Below are positions 12,526 through 25,529 of a stretch of DNA of 64,000 nucleotides, piece by piece. Each line of letters starts with the position of its first letter. The stretch's first letter is position 1. A program made the position numbers and the translations under genes. The DNA lies in assembly GCA_013265495.1 (NCBI GenBank), contig MU057377.1, forward strand, positions 434,001 to 498,000, written 5' to 3'. Origin of the DNA: Vicugna vicugna. Taxonomy: Eukaryota. The notes beneath the pieces are model-generated. The model saw nothing but the letters and a program-made list of their open reading frames with translations. It made no database searches and had not been told where the DNA came from.

Positions 12526-13974
12526 ACTACTTTGGTTAATTTGATTGGGTCAATTAGGTACCAAATGCTTTTCCGGGACTACTCCAACCAGCCGGAAAGA
12601 TCATACTCACTGTGAACACAGGTCTTCCTTTTCTAGTCTTGAATCCCATTCCTCTTACACCTGAACACATCATTACATCAATTTGTTTTTTTCTGTTTAG
12701 CAAGCTCCTCCTGAGTGTCTAATGGTTTTAAAGGACAGCAGCTTTTCACCAATGCCCACTTCTGCCCAAGACAGAGCAGCTGGCACAAAGCTGGGACACT
12801 TGTCCTCCTGGTGTAAACACTACAAATGTAAAAACATTTGAGGTAACTCTTCAGGCACCGAACACAGTTATCACAGAACTATGATTTGTGTCAGCCGTGA
12901 AATAAAGATGCCCACGGTCTTCTGGGCTTTATGCTTGGAACGACTTGAATGGGGAGAGGAATTCAATCAGAGGTGCAGCGACGTTTCTGAGCTCAGGAGG
13001 ATGAGCTCAAAGTCGCAGGCTGCAGAAGCAGTTACAGTTCGCAGGTCAGAGCACTGGCCCAAAAGATTCATCATTCATCATGGGTTTTGGGGAAGCTTCT
13101 CAGAGGTCATCTGCTGAGAGACCTAGAGAAATGAAAATACCAAAAAATAGACCACTGGAGTTCTAACCCAGCCGGAGTGGGCAGACTTCACTGAACATCT
13201 CGGGCATTGAGAAACCAGAAAGGACTCGCTTTAGGAGTAAGGACCACACCACTGAAGAAGGAAGATGTCGTAAGCTCAAAACCAAAATAGAACTACTCAA
13301 ACAAAAAATAAAATAAAACCAAGATTTATAAGGAAAAATCTTTGCCTGCCAGAACAAAATTTCAAAGCCTTTAAAGAAAGCTCACGTAATCAAGAAGCCC
13401 TAGAATTATCGCCTGAATATCCAGGATGTAATCTGTCCTATTAGGCACTTTAAAATCCAATACTCGTATCACAGTTAAGAGCTAAATCTTATTCTCTCAG
13501 TTTTACAAAGAAACACAGCAAGCATTGTCACTAGCATCCTACTAAAAATAACCACGAGCAACAATAGATAACTTTTATTGAGACTAAACTGTTTGCCAGG
13601 ACGCTTCTAAGCACTTTATATAAATTAGCACTTGGGATAATTAGATTGGCTTCGCAGGAATTTTATGATGCAGGACTGATAGTTACCCCCATCACAGAAC
13701 AGCATTTATGTTAACTTGCTCAAGATGACGTAGCTAAGTAGGTGGAGGGGCCAGGGAGGCGGGGCTCAGGGCTATTTCCCGGGTGATCTAGTTAAGGCAG
13801 GGTGGGCTGAGCCTGACCCAGCCCCGGGCTCTTGCCCACTGCACCAGAATGCTCTGTGACCATCAGATGCATGAGTAACCTGTCATCCACTAGTGCAAGT
13901 CAGCCACCCCCAGTGACAGCTGATGGGCATTTCTGTTCATTGTTTTAAATGTTAAAATAATTTAAATAAAACAA

Positions 13975-14215
13975 GTCAGCATTTATTCAGCACCAACTGT
14001 GGTCTGGGTTGGGGATTAATGTCACCCTCCTGCCGGCTCCTCTCCATCCTTGCCTGGGAGTTCCTGCCATGTTCCCTAACGACGTTCGTGTGGATTTCTC
14101 TCTCCTCCTTTAGACTCAAGACCTCAGCGGCTGGAACCATAGCTTCTCTCCCTTTGCATCCCCAGGGCCTCGCGTGCTGTCTGGCACACGTTATTTTGTT
14201 AATAAACATCCATTA
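13975..14215 (+). mobile_element. L2 LINE 3' fragment
   Basis: tagactcaagacctcagcggctggaaccat...ctttgcatccccagggcctcgcgtgctgtctggcaca...aataaa is the L2 3' end pattern. Confidence 0.6.
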
Positions 14216-15181
14216 AACTAACTGAGGCACACATGTGAAAAACCCTTTAATACTGTCAATATTTCTTGTAAAATGGCTTTTTATTATCCTCATTTGCAGT
14301 TGTGAAAACGGGTGGCTGGGGAAATAACTTGCTGAAGGTTTCTGCTACTTGGAAACAGCTCTGAAGCTCGAACCCGGCCATCCTGCCTGTGGATCTAAAG
14401 CTTTCACTCCTTCTCAGAACTCACCTGGCACTTAGTGAATTCTACGAAGACTTGCGTGAAATATTGTAGGGAAAGTGCGAGACAAGTAAAATGTGCTTAA
14501 TAGATGTCCGTTATTACGGTACTGGCCTCCAGGCAGCACATGGATCAAAAAGAAATCTGAATGGAACAAATAAAGGTAAGTAGGCCTCCATTTTACATCT
14601 AAGAGATATCTTCACGGTTATGGGAGAAAGAAGGTCATCAGGCTACACAAATCCAGTTTCTTTTTTAGCACGCTGCCAAGGGCACAGCTGACCACGTGGT
14701 GTGACTGGCAGATGGAATGTTCTGTTTGGCTGTGCTGGCTGCCCCCATCTGCCCTGCGTGAGAAGGGAGCTTCGTTGCCAGGCAAAATGACGGGATGGCA
14801 GGGAAGCCCGGGCAAGCCTTCCCTCTACTTGACTTGGGTGTTTAGGTCATTACTTTCTGTGCCATTTTCCTTGTGGTGCAAGTACATTTTTCAGCAATGG
14901 AGCGATTTCTCTTTCTTCTTTGATCCTTGTACCTTGAGACTTCTGTTTCCAAGTCCTGCTCGAAGCACAGAATAATTCCCGAAGGTCAAACACACATAAA
15001 ATTGGAGTCCTAGAAGAAGGGGGCAGCAAGCTATTTGAAGCAATTATGGCTGAAAAAATTCCAGGTATGATGAAAAATATCCACACAGATGATATGGAAA
15101 TAGGGAGGGCAGTTAAATTAAAAAGAGCAGAAAAGTAGTGCTAAGCAGATAGTCTTATGCAGAATCAGGCTTGTCAAAATA

Positions 15182-15382
15182 CAGTTGACCCTGAGCAATG
15201 CAGAAGTGAGGGGTGCTGACCCCTGCACACTTGAAAATCTGTGAGTAAGTTATCGTTGGCCCTCCTTATCTGTGGTTTCACATCTGCAGATTCAATAAAC
15301 TGTAGATCGTGCAGTGCTACTGAAAAAATTCATGTATAAGTGGATCCATGCAGTTCAAACCCATGTTTGAGGATCCACGTGT
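15182..15382. mobile_element. Tigger-family (TcMar) internally deleted DNA transposon
   Basis: TA followed by cagttgaccc TIR start; tgcagattcaa...gtataagtggatccatgcagttcaaacccatgtt is the Tigger1/MER2-type end. Confidence 0.75.
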
Positions 15383-15384
15383 AC

Positions 15385-15826
15385 TATTCACATAAAGTGC
15401 TATCCACGACAGCCAAGAGGCTAAAAGAAAAACCCAATATCTGTCAGTGCATGCATGGATAACCAAGTGTGTTTTATATAGGTAACAGAATATTATTCAG
15501 CCTTTAGAAGGAGGGAAATCCTGTCACATGCTACAATATAGATGACCTGAGAACATCATGCTAAGTGAAGTAAGTCTGTTGCAAATGTTATATACTGTAT
15601 GAGTTCGCCTGTAAGAGGTAACTAGTCACACTCATGGGAAGAGAAAGCAGCATGTTGGTTCTCGGGGACTGGGACGAGGGGAGTTGCTATTTAACAGGTA
15701 TAGTTGCCGCTTTGTAAGATAGAAGTCCCCGAGATCTGTTTTACAACAACGTGAATATACTTAACACTGCCAAATTGTGCCCTTAAAATGGTTAGGATGA
15801 CAGATTTGGTTTACCACAATAAAAAA
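15385..15826 (+). mobile_element. Old L1 (L1MB-like) 3' end
   Basis: gaatattattcagcc...gaaatcctgtcacatgctacaa...catgctaagtgaa...aaaatggttagg...cacaataaaaaa. Confidence 0.75.
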
Positions 15827-16039
15827 GTTGTGTACAAAATTCACTTAACACTTACAGCAACCCTGTGAGGGGAGACATTATCAAGCCACTTCACAGGTGT
15901 GGAAATGAGGTCCAGAGAAATCAAGTGATTTGTCTGCAGTTATCCCCCAAGGAATAAATAAATAAGATTTTGGAGATTTATTACATCCCAAACAAGGACT
16001 ATAAGCATAAAAGGGTCAGGGGTAGTGGGTTGCTTATGC

Positions 16040-16264
16040 TTTTGACATTGAGTCCCTCAGTATGAACACACCTGCATCTCCTCGTGCTCCTCCGAGCCTG
16101 GAGAAACACCAAGTTCATGCAAACTCTGAAGACGCATGAAGGAGAGTTGCAGCCAACCTGCACACGATGTGGGTGGGAATGAGATGCAAACCTTTGTGTT
16201 GTAAACTGCTAAGGAGTTGAGTCTGTTTGTTGCAATATAACCTGATGAAGGCTGGCTCATACAG
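16040..16264 (+). mobile_element. Old MaLR (MLT1-type) LTR fragment
   Basis: gagatgcaaacctttgtgttgtaaactgctaagg...tttgttgcaatataacc...taca resembles an MLT1 3' end. Confidence 0.5.
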
Positions 16265-17020
16265 GGCAAGATTACTAAAAATGCTCTTTACTTGTCCAAA
16301 TCTGTGATCCCATTACTTAGAATAGTCACAGAACCATCAGCTATCGAGCTCAAAGGAGCTGGATGATTACATAATCTGACGCCCTCATTCCACAAGCGAG
16401 AAATTAGAGGGCTTAAAGGATGCGTAACTAACAGTGGGCCAGGGCCCAAATCTGAATGCTCTGACTCTACTTATTTTATAACTGATGCTGAACATAGATA
16501 TTTGTTCTTTAACTACATTAAAAGGAAGGATCACTAAAATTACAGGCAGAGATGAAATCAGAATAATGAATTACCTGCATGAAAAAGTGCTTGCTGCTGA
16601 CTCAGCCGCTATTCCCAATCGTGATGCTTGATTTGCTAAGAGCTACTTCTATTCTCTCTCCTTGTGCTCAAAACTGCAAATCTGAGCCCAGCTGATCAAA
16701 CCAAGCAGCACTTGTCACACACACTTGGTCTCTGTGCGAAGCAAACGGAACTGCAGGGAGACTGAACTGTGAACCCAGCCTCATTAGCGCTCCACTCTCA
16801 CTAATTTGCCTCAAGTGGACTTATTTTAAGGATCAAAAAATTTTGGATTCAGAGAAAAGAATCATTCATTCGGGAATGATCAGGACAATTATGTGAAGAA
16901 CCAAAAAGACCACAGCAAGGTCAATATAGGTCACACAGGAGCCGGGCTTCCCTCTGCAGGTTCTAGTCCCTGCGGTAAGAGAGCAGGGGAAACTGTAAAC
17001 GGTTTTAATTTGGAAAAGTT

Positions 17021-17146
17021 TTTTCGGTGGGGGGGAGTAATTAGGTTTTTATTATTTATTTATCTTTAATGGAGGAACTGGGGATTGAACCCAGGACCTT
17101 GTGCATGCTAGGCATGCACTCTACCACTGAGCTGTACCCTCCTCCC
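17021..17146 (-). mobile_element. tRNA-derived camelid-type SINE (Vic-1-like) with TSDs
   Basis: Reverse complement of gggagggtacagctcagtggtagagtgcatgc...ggttcaatccc. TSD ttaatttggaaaagtt at 17005-17020 and 17147-17162. Confidence 0.9.
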
Positions 17147-17509
17147 TTAATTTGGAAAAGTTTTAAAGGTGAAATGGATATTCAGTTATCTAGGACTAAT
17201 TTTTTTTTCCCAAAAAACACAACATAACAAAACAAAACCTGATTTGCAGTGTTTGCCAATTCTGTGATGCAGTTACTTCCACCATTGCTCATTGAAGCTA
17301 CCAGCAGTTTAATAACTGGCTTGAAAAATTCCTCAGTGTTTTCCTTTTGGTTTATGTGAGCTGGTGTGAGACCTAGAACCTGACAGCCCTGGGTTTAAAT
17401 CTCAGTTGTAACACCTTGTAGCGGTGTTTTAAGCACATCACGCAAGCTATCTTGCTTTTAGGTGTCTTAATTGGCTTAATGATAGTTACTTTGTAGGATT
17501 CGAAATCCG

Positions 17510-17900
17510 GAGACTAAACCCCCGAGGCCTCTCCTGCTTTGTTCTTTGTCACTTCTTCCAGCAGTGCTGGCAGTCTTGTGGCACCGCAGACACTCGGGGC
17601 GCCCTCCTGCCTCCGGACTGGCTGCCGCTATTCTCTTTCCCAAAGTAGTTTCCACCCAGACATCCTGGCGGCTCACCTGCGCTCTGTCTCTCATCCTTTG
17701 CTGTTCCCTGAAGCACCTGTTGCCAGGTTACGATCACACATTGTGCTTATGTACCTGTTTCCTGTCTGTCTCACCCCCTTAAAATATAAACTTCACAACA
17801 GCAAGGATTGTGGGCCCCTTGTTCACTCCTGTGTCCTCAGAGTAGCAGCAAACACGGAGACTCAATAAATAAAGGGGCAGATGAAGAAATGACTGAATAA
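17510..17900 (+). mobile_element. L2 LINE 3' fragment
   Basis: ctgtctgtctcaccccc...aaatataaacttcac...cttgttcactcctgtgtcctcag...ctcaataaat...aatgactgaat. Confidence 0.7.
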
Positions 17901-18855
17901 ACGGTAAAGCTTCAATGTTTATTAGCTGCCCCTATCTTGAGGACAGGGACAACTATTCTCACCTTGATTTCCCTCTAGACCCAGTACACTTTCTCCTCCA
18001 GCCAAAACATTTCAGCCCCAAATAGCCAAGCTCACTCCTGCCAGGTCCTTCCAGTCTTTTCTCATTTTTTTGGTCCTATATTGTTATTATTGTAAGTACA
18101 CTGGCTTGACTTTTCCTTGTAATAGCACTTTTCTGAGAACAAAGAGAAATCTAGGGGATACATGATAACCTACATAACACGTTGCTGTAAAACTCTGGAG
18201 GAGTCGTTGCTTTTTATTAAATTGGGGAGGAAACTCTAGAAGATTGATAAAGGGTATTAACAATCTCAACCAATAGGATCAAGTTCTAGATGACTGAATA
18301 CCTTCCCTCCTCAGATTTCACTACTGTGGCAAAAACGTAACAGGAAAATAAAAATGGCATTATATTAATAAATATTACATGTACAACAAAGTAATTTACA
18401 ATCAGTGTTTTGAGTTGATAATGAAAGACATAGAATCTTTGGGTGCCCCAAGTAGTGAATGTAATTTGTGAAAGAAAAGTAGGGTAGAGTACTGGACTCT
18501 CATTTAGGGAAGAGGGCTACGTCAACTGCTTCGAGAAAATACGAAAACACATTTATACCCTGGCCTAGCACTATTCTCTATACTAATTGGACCCTCATTT
18601 GATTTCATAAGGCAAATCTACGTAGGAGGAAATTTCTGAGCATTTGATCCAAAGTAGAAGGTGTAACGTGTAAAAGGTGGGGATAGTGAAAAGAAAGAGG
18701 AAAAATAAGAAAAAAAATGGGCATGTTGTACTGAGTGCTTACCAAGTTAAAAAAAAGTCCTTTATAATTCAATTTGCACACAAAGTTAATTGTGCCCAAT
18801 AAAAGTGATATTAATCAACCAGTTTCATCATATATCAGAATTTTATTCATGATAG

Positions 18856-19312
18856 ATATTATGGGTTGAACTGTGTCTCCCAAGAAGACATGTTGAAGTC
18901 CTCACTCCTGGTCCCTGGTCCCTGTTTCTGTCATCTGTAAACAGGGTCTTTGCAGATGTAATCAAGTTAAGATGTTGTCATTAGGATGGACCCCAATCCA
19001 GTATAACTAATGTCCTTTTGAAAAGAAGAGAAGAGATCCAGACAGACGAAGAGGGAACACTATGTAATCACAGAGGCAGGGCTTGGGGTGATGTAGCTGC
19101 AAGCCAGGAACTCCAGGCACTGAAGACCACCATCATGGTGGTGATGCTAGGAAAGGGCAAATACGGAGTCTGGCCAGGGTCCCAGAAGGCGTGTGCTCTG
19201 CTGACACCTCAGTTTCAGACTTCCAGCCTCCAGAGCTATGAGAGAATACATTTCTGTTGTTTGAGCCACCCAGTTTATGGCACTTGGTTACAGCTGCCTT
19301 AGGAAGCTAAAC
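18856..19312 (+). mobile_element. MaLR LTR (MLT1A-D-like)
   Basis: tatgggttgaactgtgtctccc...gggtctttgcagatgtaatcaagttaagatg...ttccagcctccagagctatgagagaatacatttctgttgtttgagccacccagtttatgg. Confidence 0.85.
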
Positions 19313-21200
19313 CATAGCTCCAAACTAGAAGCAACCAAGATGATCTTCAACAGATGAATGAATGAACAAACTGTGGTACATCTACACAATGGAATATTAT
19401 TCAGCAGTAAAAAGAAACAAGCTATCAAGTCACAAGACATCATGGAGAGCATTTGAATGAATATTGCTACTTGAAAGAAGCTAGTCTGAAAAGGCTACAT
19501 ATTTTATGATTCCAATTATATGGCATCCTGTAAAAGACAAAACTATAGAGACAATAAAATGGTCAGTGACTGCCTGGGGGTTGGGGTCAGAAAAACAGGG
19601 TGAAAAAGGTCAACCACAGGGGACTTTTAAGGAAGTGAAACTATTCTGTATAATATTATAATGGAGCATTTGTCAAAACCAACCACAAAGAATGTACTTC
19701 ATTGTATGCAAATTTAAACATAATCATGTAGGAGGTCAGGGCATCCCAGGAAAGAATGCTGATTGTGACATGACAAATGTATAAAACAATCACACAGAAG
19801 CAGGTGGGTGGTGCTGACTGAATGGCCCTGGAAGCAAGCAAAGCGTTAAGATTAAAGACAGAAGGAAATGCACGTATGTAGTGCTCGCAAATAGAAAAGT
19901 TACCTCCACAGGATTATGGGCTAGGGATTTGACACTACTATACACTTTATATACTTTAAAATGACAGTCACTGAATTTAAACAATGAAGTAAATGGACGA
20001 GGCAGATAGCAGGTTTCTCACCGCTGGAGGGGAATTTACGGATAAGCAAGGGGAGGAAGCCAGAATGATCCATGTGGTAATGAAGTTAGAGGTGGCAACA
20101 TAAACTCCGTGGTTAGCGTAATACAAATACCAGTGTACACACAGATACACGTGTAGAAATGTGTATACACACACATGCATTCCTGTGCTCTGTCAGCTGA
20201 GACGGCCTGCAAGAAGTGACACCCCACTGGCACCAAGCAGCCTTTACACTCAGATCTTGGTTTCTATTGCCATTCACCCGTGAAGAGGAACCAGGGCTCA
20301 CCGGGGCAATGCCTGGTGGTGGGACTGGGGCAGGAAATAAACAAGACGAGCCTGGAACATCCTGCAGAGCCAGAATGTCAGGAAGTAAAGCACCTCACAG
20401 TGAGAGGAAGGATGTTAAGAGGACAGGAAGCAAGTGAAGGAACTCCCTGTGGCCAAAGCTGGAACAACCTGAGTAGCAAAATAGCGAAGCAGTGTTAGAT
20501 GATAGCCCTGAGCACAGAGCAGGTACCCATGACTCCACAGTGACAGAATTACTTGAATAAATTAATAAACGGAGGACAAAAGCACACTTCTCTCCTTCTC
20601 AGGTGTGGACTTCCTTCCTGAGAGCAGAACGCAGAAGGGGGGAAGAAGCAAGCTGCAGCGGAGAAGCCTGACGGCAGCAGCTCCCGGGTGGCCGCGGTCG
20701 ACACCGGCAGTCACGAATCGCAGTGACTACCTATCCTCGATGAGGTATCGAGAGAAGAGCGCTCGACCCCTGTGGTCTTCCCCCAGCACCCCATCACTCC
20801 AGCCTTCCCACGAGAGAAACATCCCGCAAAGCCCAATGCCGCAGGAACCTGTAGAATACCTACACAGTGTCCCCCAGATCGTCAAGGTCATCAAAAACAA
20901 GGCGGGAGAAACCGCCACAGCCAAAAGCAGCCCAGTTGTCCTCGACAACCAGCCATGACATGGCACCCTGATAGCCGGTAAAACCTCAGAAAATCTGAAC
21001 AAACTACTGACTCAGTTAATCCTAATGTATCGATACTGGTACGTTAATTGTGACAGATCTGCCATACTCGTGCACGATGTTACAAACAGGGGAGACTGAG
21101 TGTGGGATTAGGGGACGCTCCTGCACCATTCTCTCGATTCTTCTCTGGCCCTAAAACTAATCTAAAATAGTAAAGTCTATTATAAAAAAGTAAAACAATG
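19313..21200 (+). mobile_element. Old L1 (L1MC/L1MD-like) long 3' region
   Basis: caaactagaagcaaccaagatg...aaactgtggtacatctacacaatggaatattattcagc, later gtcaaggtcatcaaaaacaagg and ttaattgtgacagat, ending ctaaaactaatctaaaatagtaaagtctatt plus A-tail. Confidence 0.75.
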
Positions 21201-23124
21201 GAAGAGTTTAAAAATCATGCCAAAATGTCCATGAGGAAGGAGGATACTCAATCCTTCCTTATAGCAACTGCTGTAAAGCTCCCGTCATCCTTTTACTCAT
21301 TTAATAAGTAGTCTCTGAGTGACCACCCCGAGCTAGGCAGTGCTACCCACTGACATAGGATACGTCAGTTAACAGAACACCCACGGTTCCCACAGCCGTG
21401 TCTCACAATCTCATAGCTAAAACATACATAAATCAACACAAAAATAATATTTTCAAATTTTGGTACACATTACAGAAAAGAAATGCAAATTGCAATGTAA
21501 GTATCTAGAGCGAAGCTGAATCTAACGTGAACAGAGACTGATGTGAGCGGGGAGAGTGATGCTCTCATTTTCATTCCTAAAAGGAGAAAATTGGGCTTCT
21601 CGGAGATTTTCAGTAAATCAGCAGTAAAATTTCAAAGAGAACTAAAAACTCTGATTGTTCTTATCCACTCGGATTTCAAATTTTCATATTGTAATACCAC
21701 GCGCTGTAATTTTTGAAAATCACCAAAGATGAAAAAAAGGAACGAAATTCTGAAAAATCTGATTCTCCTAAGATATGCATCAAAAAATACAAGCCAAAAT
21801 TAATTCTGCTGTCTGACTCAGGGAATAGTAACCGTCGCGAAGGAGAGACTTTTGCTGTAAGTTGCTGAAACCACTTTTATTTATGAAAAAGCAACGATAT
21901 CCTTTTCTCACTCTGATAATTCTGTAGGCACTTCACAATATGTTGCTGCAAAGATGTGAACTGGCACGGTGAATATCAAAAGTTTCATATGTTTCTAGGC
22001 ATGGAGAATTTTAAAGAAATTTTACTCCCTAATGGACACCATCAGCCTTCACTGACCTATTGAGCAAACTCAATTATTTCTTGATCATGGTATTAAGATT
22101 GAATAAATCTGACCATATTTTATCTTTATAGATTCTATTTGTTCTTTCTACTTTGGGTAAATTGAAAAGACAGTGTTCTTTAAAACAACCCTATTCAAAT
22201 TCAGCTACATAATAATTGCTGATTGGCTCTGGAAGACTGGATAGTATCCCAAAGTCTATGAAGTTATTCAAAAAACCTTAATAATGGTTTTGTCAAGCCA
22301 CATTTCATTTAGCTAGTATGAGCATGCTTTGAATATGGGTTAAAACAATTAATTTTAAATTAAACTAGTTGTGGAGTTTACATTGAAAATATTCAATTTA
22401 CCTCCAAATGCATAAACAAACTCATAAAATACATTTATAAATGAACTTTCTAATGCATAGTTGCTCTAACATAGTTTCTTTCAAGAATTTCACCACGGAT
22501 TCATGTATCAAAGTCACAAAGAGAGTCATTAGAAGATGCTCTCATTTAGATCAGCTCCATGGACTGTATGGACCATCAGAAAGTCTCACTCCAATAAAAT
22601 TCTCTCAATACAGCAAAAGTGAAATATTATAGTTCTTCTTGAACTATCAAAATTCAATTCATTCCATGAATTTGAACCAGTTTTGTAAAACCGTGGAACA
22701 GGTATGAAAACAATTGGGAGCATGTAATTGCAAAGTCACCGCAACGCCAGGTAAAGGGGAACATCTCTGCACTCAGGAAGCGGACGTGACTACCTCTTCC
22801 TGAGCTCTGCTCTGAGGTTCCTCATGTCATGTGTCCTCACCCAGAAGGAAGCAGAGCTGGAGGGCAGTGGACAGTCAACATAAACAGCGTGCCCCTGGCT
22901 GGCAGGCGAGCAAGGCACAGCTTGTATGAAGAACACAGAATGGAGCCGGGGGGGCGGGGGACGCTTTTCTCTTAATTTTAAAAGAATGTCTTCCAAAGTT
23001 CAAGAGGAAAAAAAATCACTGACTTATTATACTCATATGATCCAAATCACTGGAAATTTCTGTGTGCTTTTACTATGTTCTGAGCATCCTGCAAGCCCCT
23101 TCGCATTGTCCTTTCAAGAGGATC

Positions 23125-23330
23125 AGTACATGGAAGCTAAGAGCGCAGACCCCAGAGTCAGACTTCTGGTCCTGGTCCCAGGTCCACCCTTCACTGCTGG
23201 ATGGCTTTGGGCAGGCAGGTGACCTCTCTGAGCCTCTGTTTCTTCAGCTACAAAATGGGGTTAATGACAATTCCACCTGATGATAGGGCGGTCAGGTATG
23301 TGAAATGGAAATGACGCTTGTAAAGTTCAT
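23125..23330 (+). mobile_element. MIR SINE
   Basis: ttgggcaggcaggtgacctctctgagcctctgtttcttcagctacaaaatgggg is the MIR core. Confidence 0.75.
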
Positions 23331-25459
23331 AGGCTTTACTTCCTCTCCTAAATAACCCCTTTGAAGAGAGAGAGAGAAATGTTCTATCTCATCATTCTGA
23401 TGAGTCCTAGCATTATTATGTTCTCAATAAAGTTCTCAGGAAAGATGTATCGGGCAGTGCAGAACTTCCGATAACATGCATTTGAAAGCGAGAGCTTGTC
23501 AAAGCGCGTACTCAGAACTCACCCAGACATACCAGCTGTTTGGGGCTGGACTGGAGAGGCTGTGCCTCCCACAGACGCTCTAGCTCTGTGACACACACCT
23601 GCCTAACAACCTGAATTGGTGTCTTATTCTATAAAAGACACATGATTATAATCACATCTACCTCATGGGGGTGTTGTAAGAATTAAATGAAATATAGTTC
23701 ATTTATATCAAATGTTTAACAATGTTAGCCACTTTTATTATTAGCTATTATTTTACTAATTTGGCTGGAACATGGGATTTATGTCATGAGTACTAAGAGG
23801 TGAGGGTGGAAAGAAGGCTGAGGTTGTGAAAGTTTTCAAGTCAGGTTTAAAAAAAAAAACCAGTCTAAGTGTTTCAACTAGGAAGGCAATATCATCACAT
23901 CCTGCCAGCAAATCTAATAACACAGATAAAAAAGTCTGCCTGCTTAAAAATTAAACAAAACGGGACTTCAAAAAAATTTTTAACCAATAAAAATACCGTG
24001 CTAGAGAATAAATCAGATAATTACAGAGTACTGGTTTAGAGTCTGTCAGTAAACTCACCCACTCAAAGAGAGAGAAAACAAATTATTTGTATGTAATTAT
24101 AGTTTCACAGTTATGAGACCCTTAAAAAGAGATGATACTTTGGAAGTTACGTATTCATCTCTTTAAACTCAAACTGCATCGAATGCTAGGCATTTTAACC
24201 CACACTGCCTTGGAATTACAAAGCTCTTTCCTATAGAATGTCCTGTGAACCCACTTCTCCTTGCAGTTTGTATGTCCTGTCATTTCTTACGCTCCACTTC
24301 CCGCTCCTCACCCTGCCCCAGCCCAGCATAACTCTTCTGTGCCCCCCTTCCTCCTGCATGGGGCCCACTTGAAGCTTCAAGAAGGATGAGTAACAATTTT
24401 CATAACAACTCTTTTCAATAAATTCACCTCTGGGGGAAAAAACCCTGAGTGAGTGTGTGTGTCCCGATGTTACTACTCATCTATTTGAAGTTTGATTGGT
24501 TTTCCTCTCCCTCTGCTTGCCTTCAGCTGCCTTAGCTATAGCATCTTCTCCTGTTTTGATCCAGCCTCTAATACACGCTCAGCTTTGAACCATACAAGTA
24601 ACCGTCTCGCTGGTGCAGACACAGAAGGCGACCTAGATTACACAGCACGGTGCTAATGCCAAGGCGTCCGGGTCAACAGCAGCTGCTCTACACTTTGCCT
24701 TATTGGTATTCCGATTTGACAGACACAAATCACACGGCCTCTCTGACAGACGAACACACACCCTGCCTGTTTCTGTTTCCAATGTGTTCATAAAACACCC
24801 AGCGGAGGCCCTCTGGTCTCCTCTGATTTTTCAGATTGCTGTGCATCTGACAAGATTACCCTAGAAACATTACTCTTGTTTTCATTTGGGGAAGTTTATG
24901 GACTATGATATCCCCACTTACAAAACAGAAGCACATACGATAGAAAGAAACCCATTTCTCTCCGGCAAAAGAGATGCTTTGAACTATAATCCTTTGGGGA
25001 AAATTGAGACTCTGTTCCCTTGATTATGAGAGCGAAAGATGGAATACAAATTTCTTTAAAAGTGAAGATAAATGCGTAGTACAGGAAATAAAATGCAATA
25101 TAGCTTATGACTAATCTCCTTTTAAAGGACATCAGTTATAAAGTGCCAGATCTATTTTGTAAAAGTATAAACACAACAAAATACTTCTCTATGTGGCCAT
25201 TTCAGCCTCCTGCTCACTACTCAAAGGGCTGAAAAGGAACATTTTCTGTATCTAAACGCTTACTGGAAGTCACTGAATCAGCAAACTGCTTGCACTGACT
25301 GGTCCCACTGATTTGTTGAACTTGCTCATGCCAAATTCTTTTCCCTTTTTTTTTTTTAAGCTTTGTATTTTGTAGAACATGTAACACTACAAACTATGCC
25401 CACAAAATATTCACAAGTCAGGAAAAGTGCTAAAAGTGCAGTAAATGCAAAAGGCTTAC

Positions 25460-25529
25460 TTCTGATGGAGGTGAGCAGGGCCAGACCCAGGTAGAGGATG
25501 AGAAGGCAGTGAGTGGTCCCAAGCGCCAT
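25460..25529 (-). CDS. CRB1: CRB1 (crumbs cell polarity complex component 1) coding exon 1, signal peptide
   Basis: Minus strand reads ACC ATG G (strong Kozak) then MALGTTHCLLILYLGLALLTSIR plus 1 nt, then GTAAG. It is 70 nt, phase 1, with a hydrophobic signal peptide that aligns ungapped to recalled human [24 protein letters not shown]. Its head-to-head position with ZBTB41 matches known synteny. Confidence 0.9.

Larger units (their letters stand above)
1..25459 (-). other. CRB1: CRB1 intron 1 (partial; continues beyond the left edge)
   Basis: Begins with donor GTAAGC on the minus strand (plus gcttac, 25454-25459). No Cys-rich EGF-coding exon found in 1-25459. Confidence 0.75.

Noticed and set aside
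21578..21772. Weak terminal inverted similarity (ggagaaaattggg... / ...aatctgattctcc)
   Set aside because: Too degenerate to call by eye; possibly an ancient DNA transposon, needs a Dfam search.
1..25459. Search for CRB1 exon 2 (EGF repeats)
   Set aside because: No Cys-rich EGF-like minus-strand frame seen; it is presumably beyond the left edge of the window.
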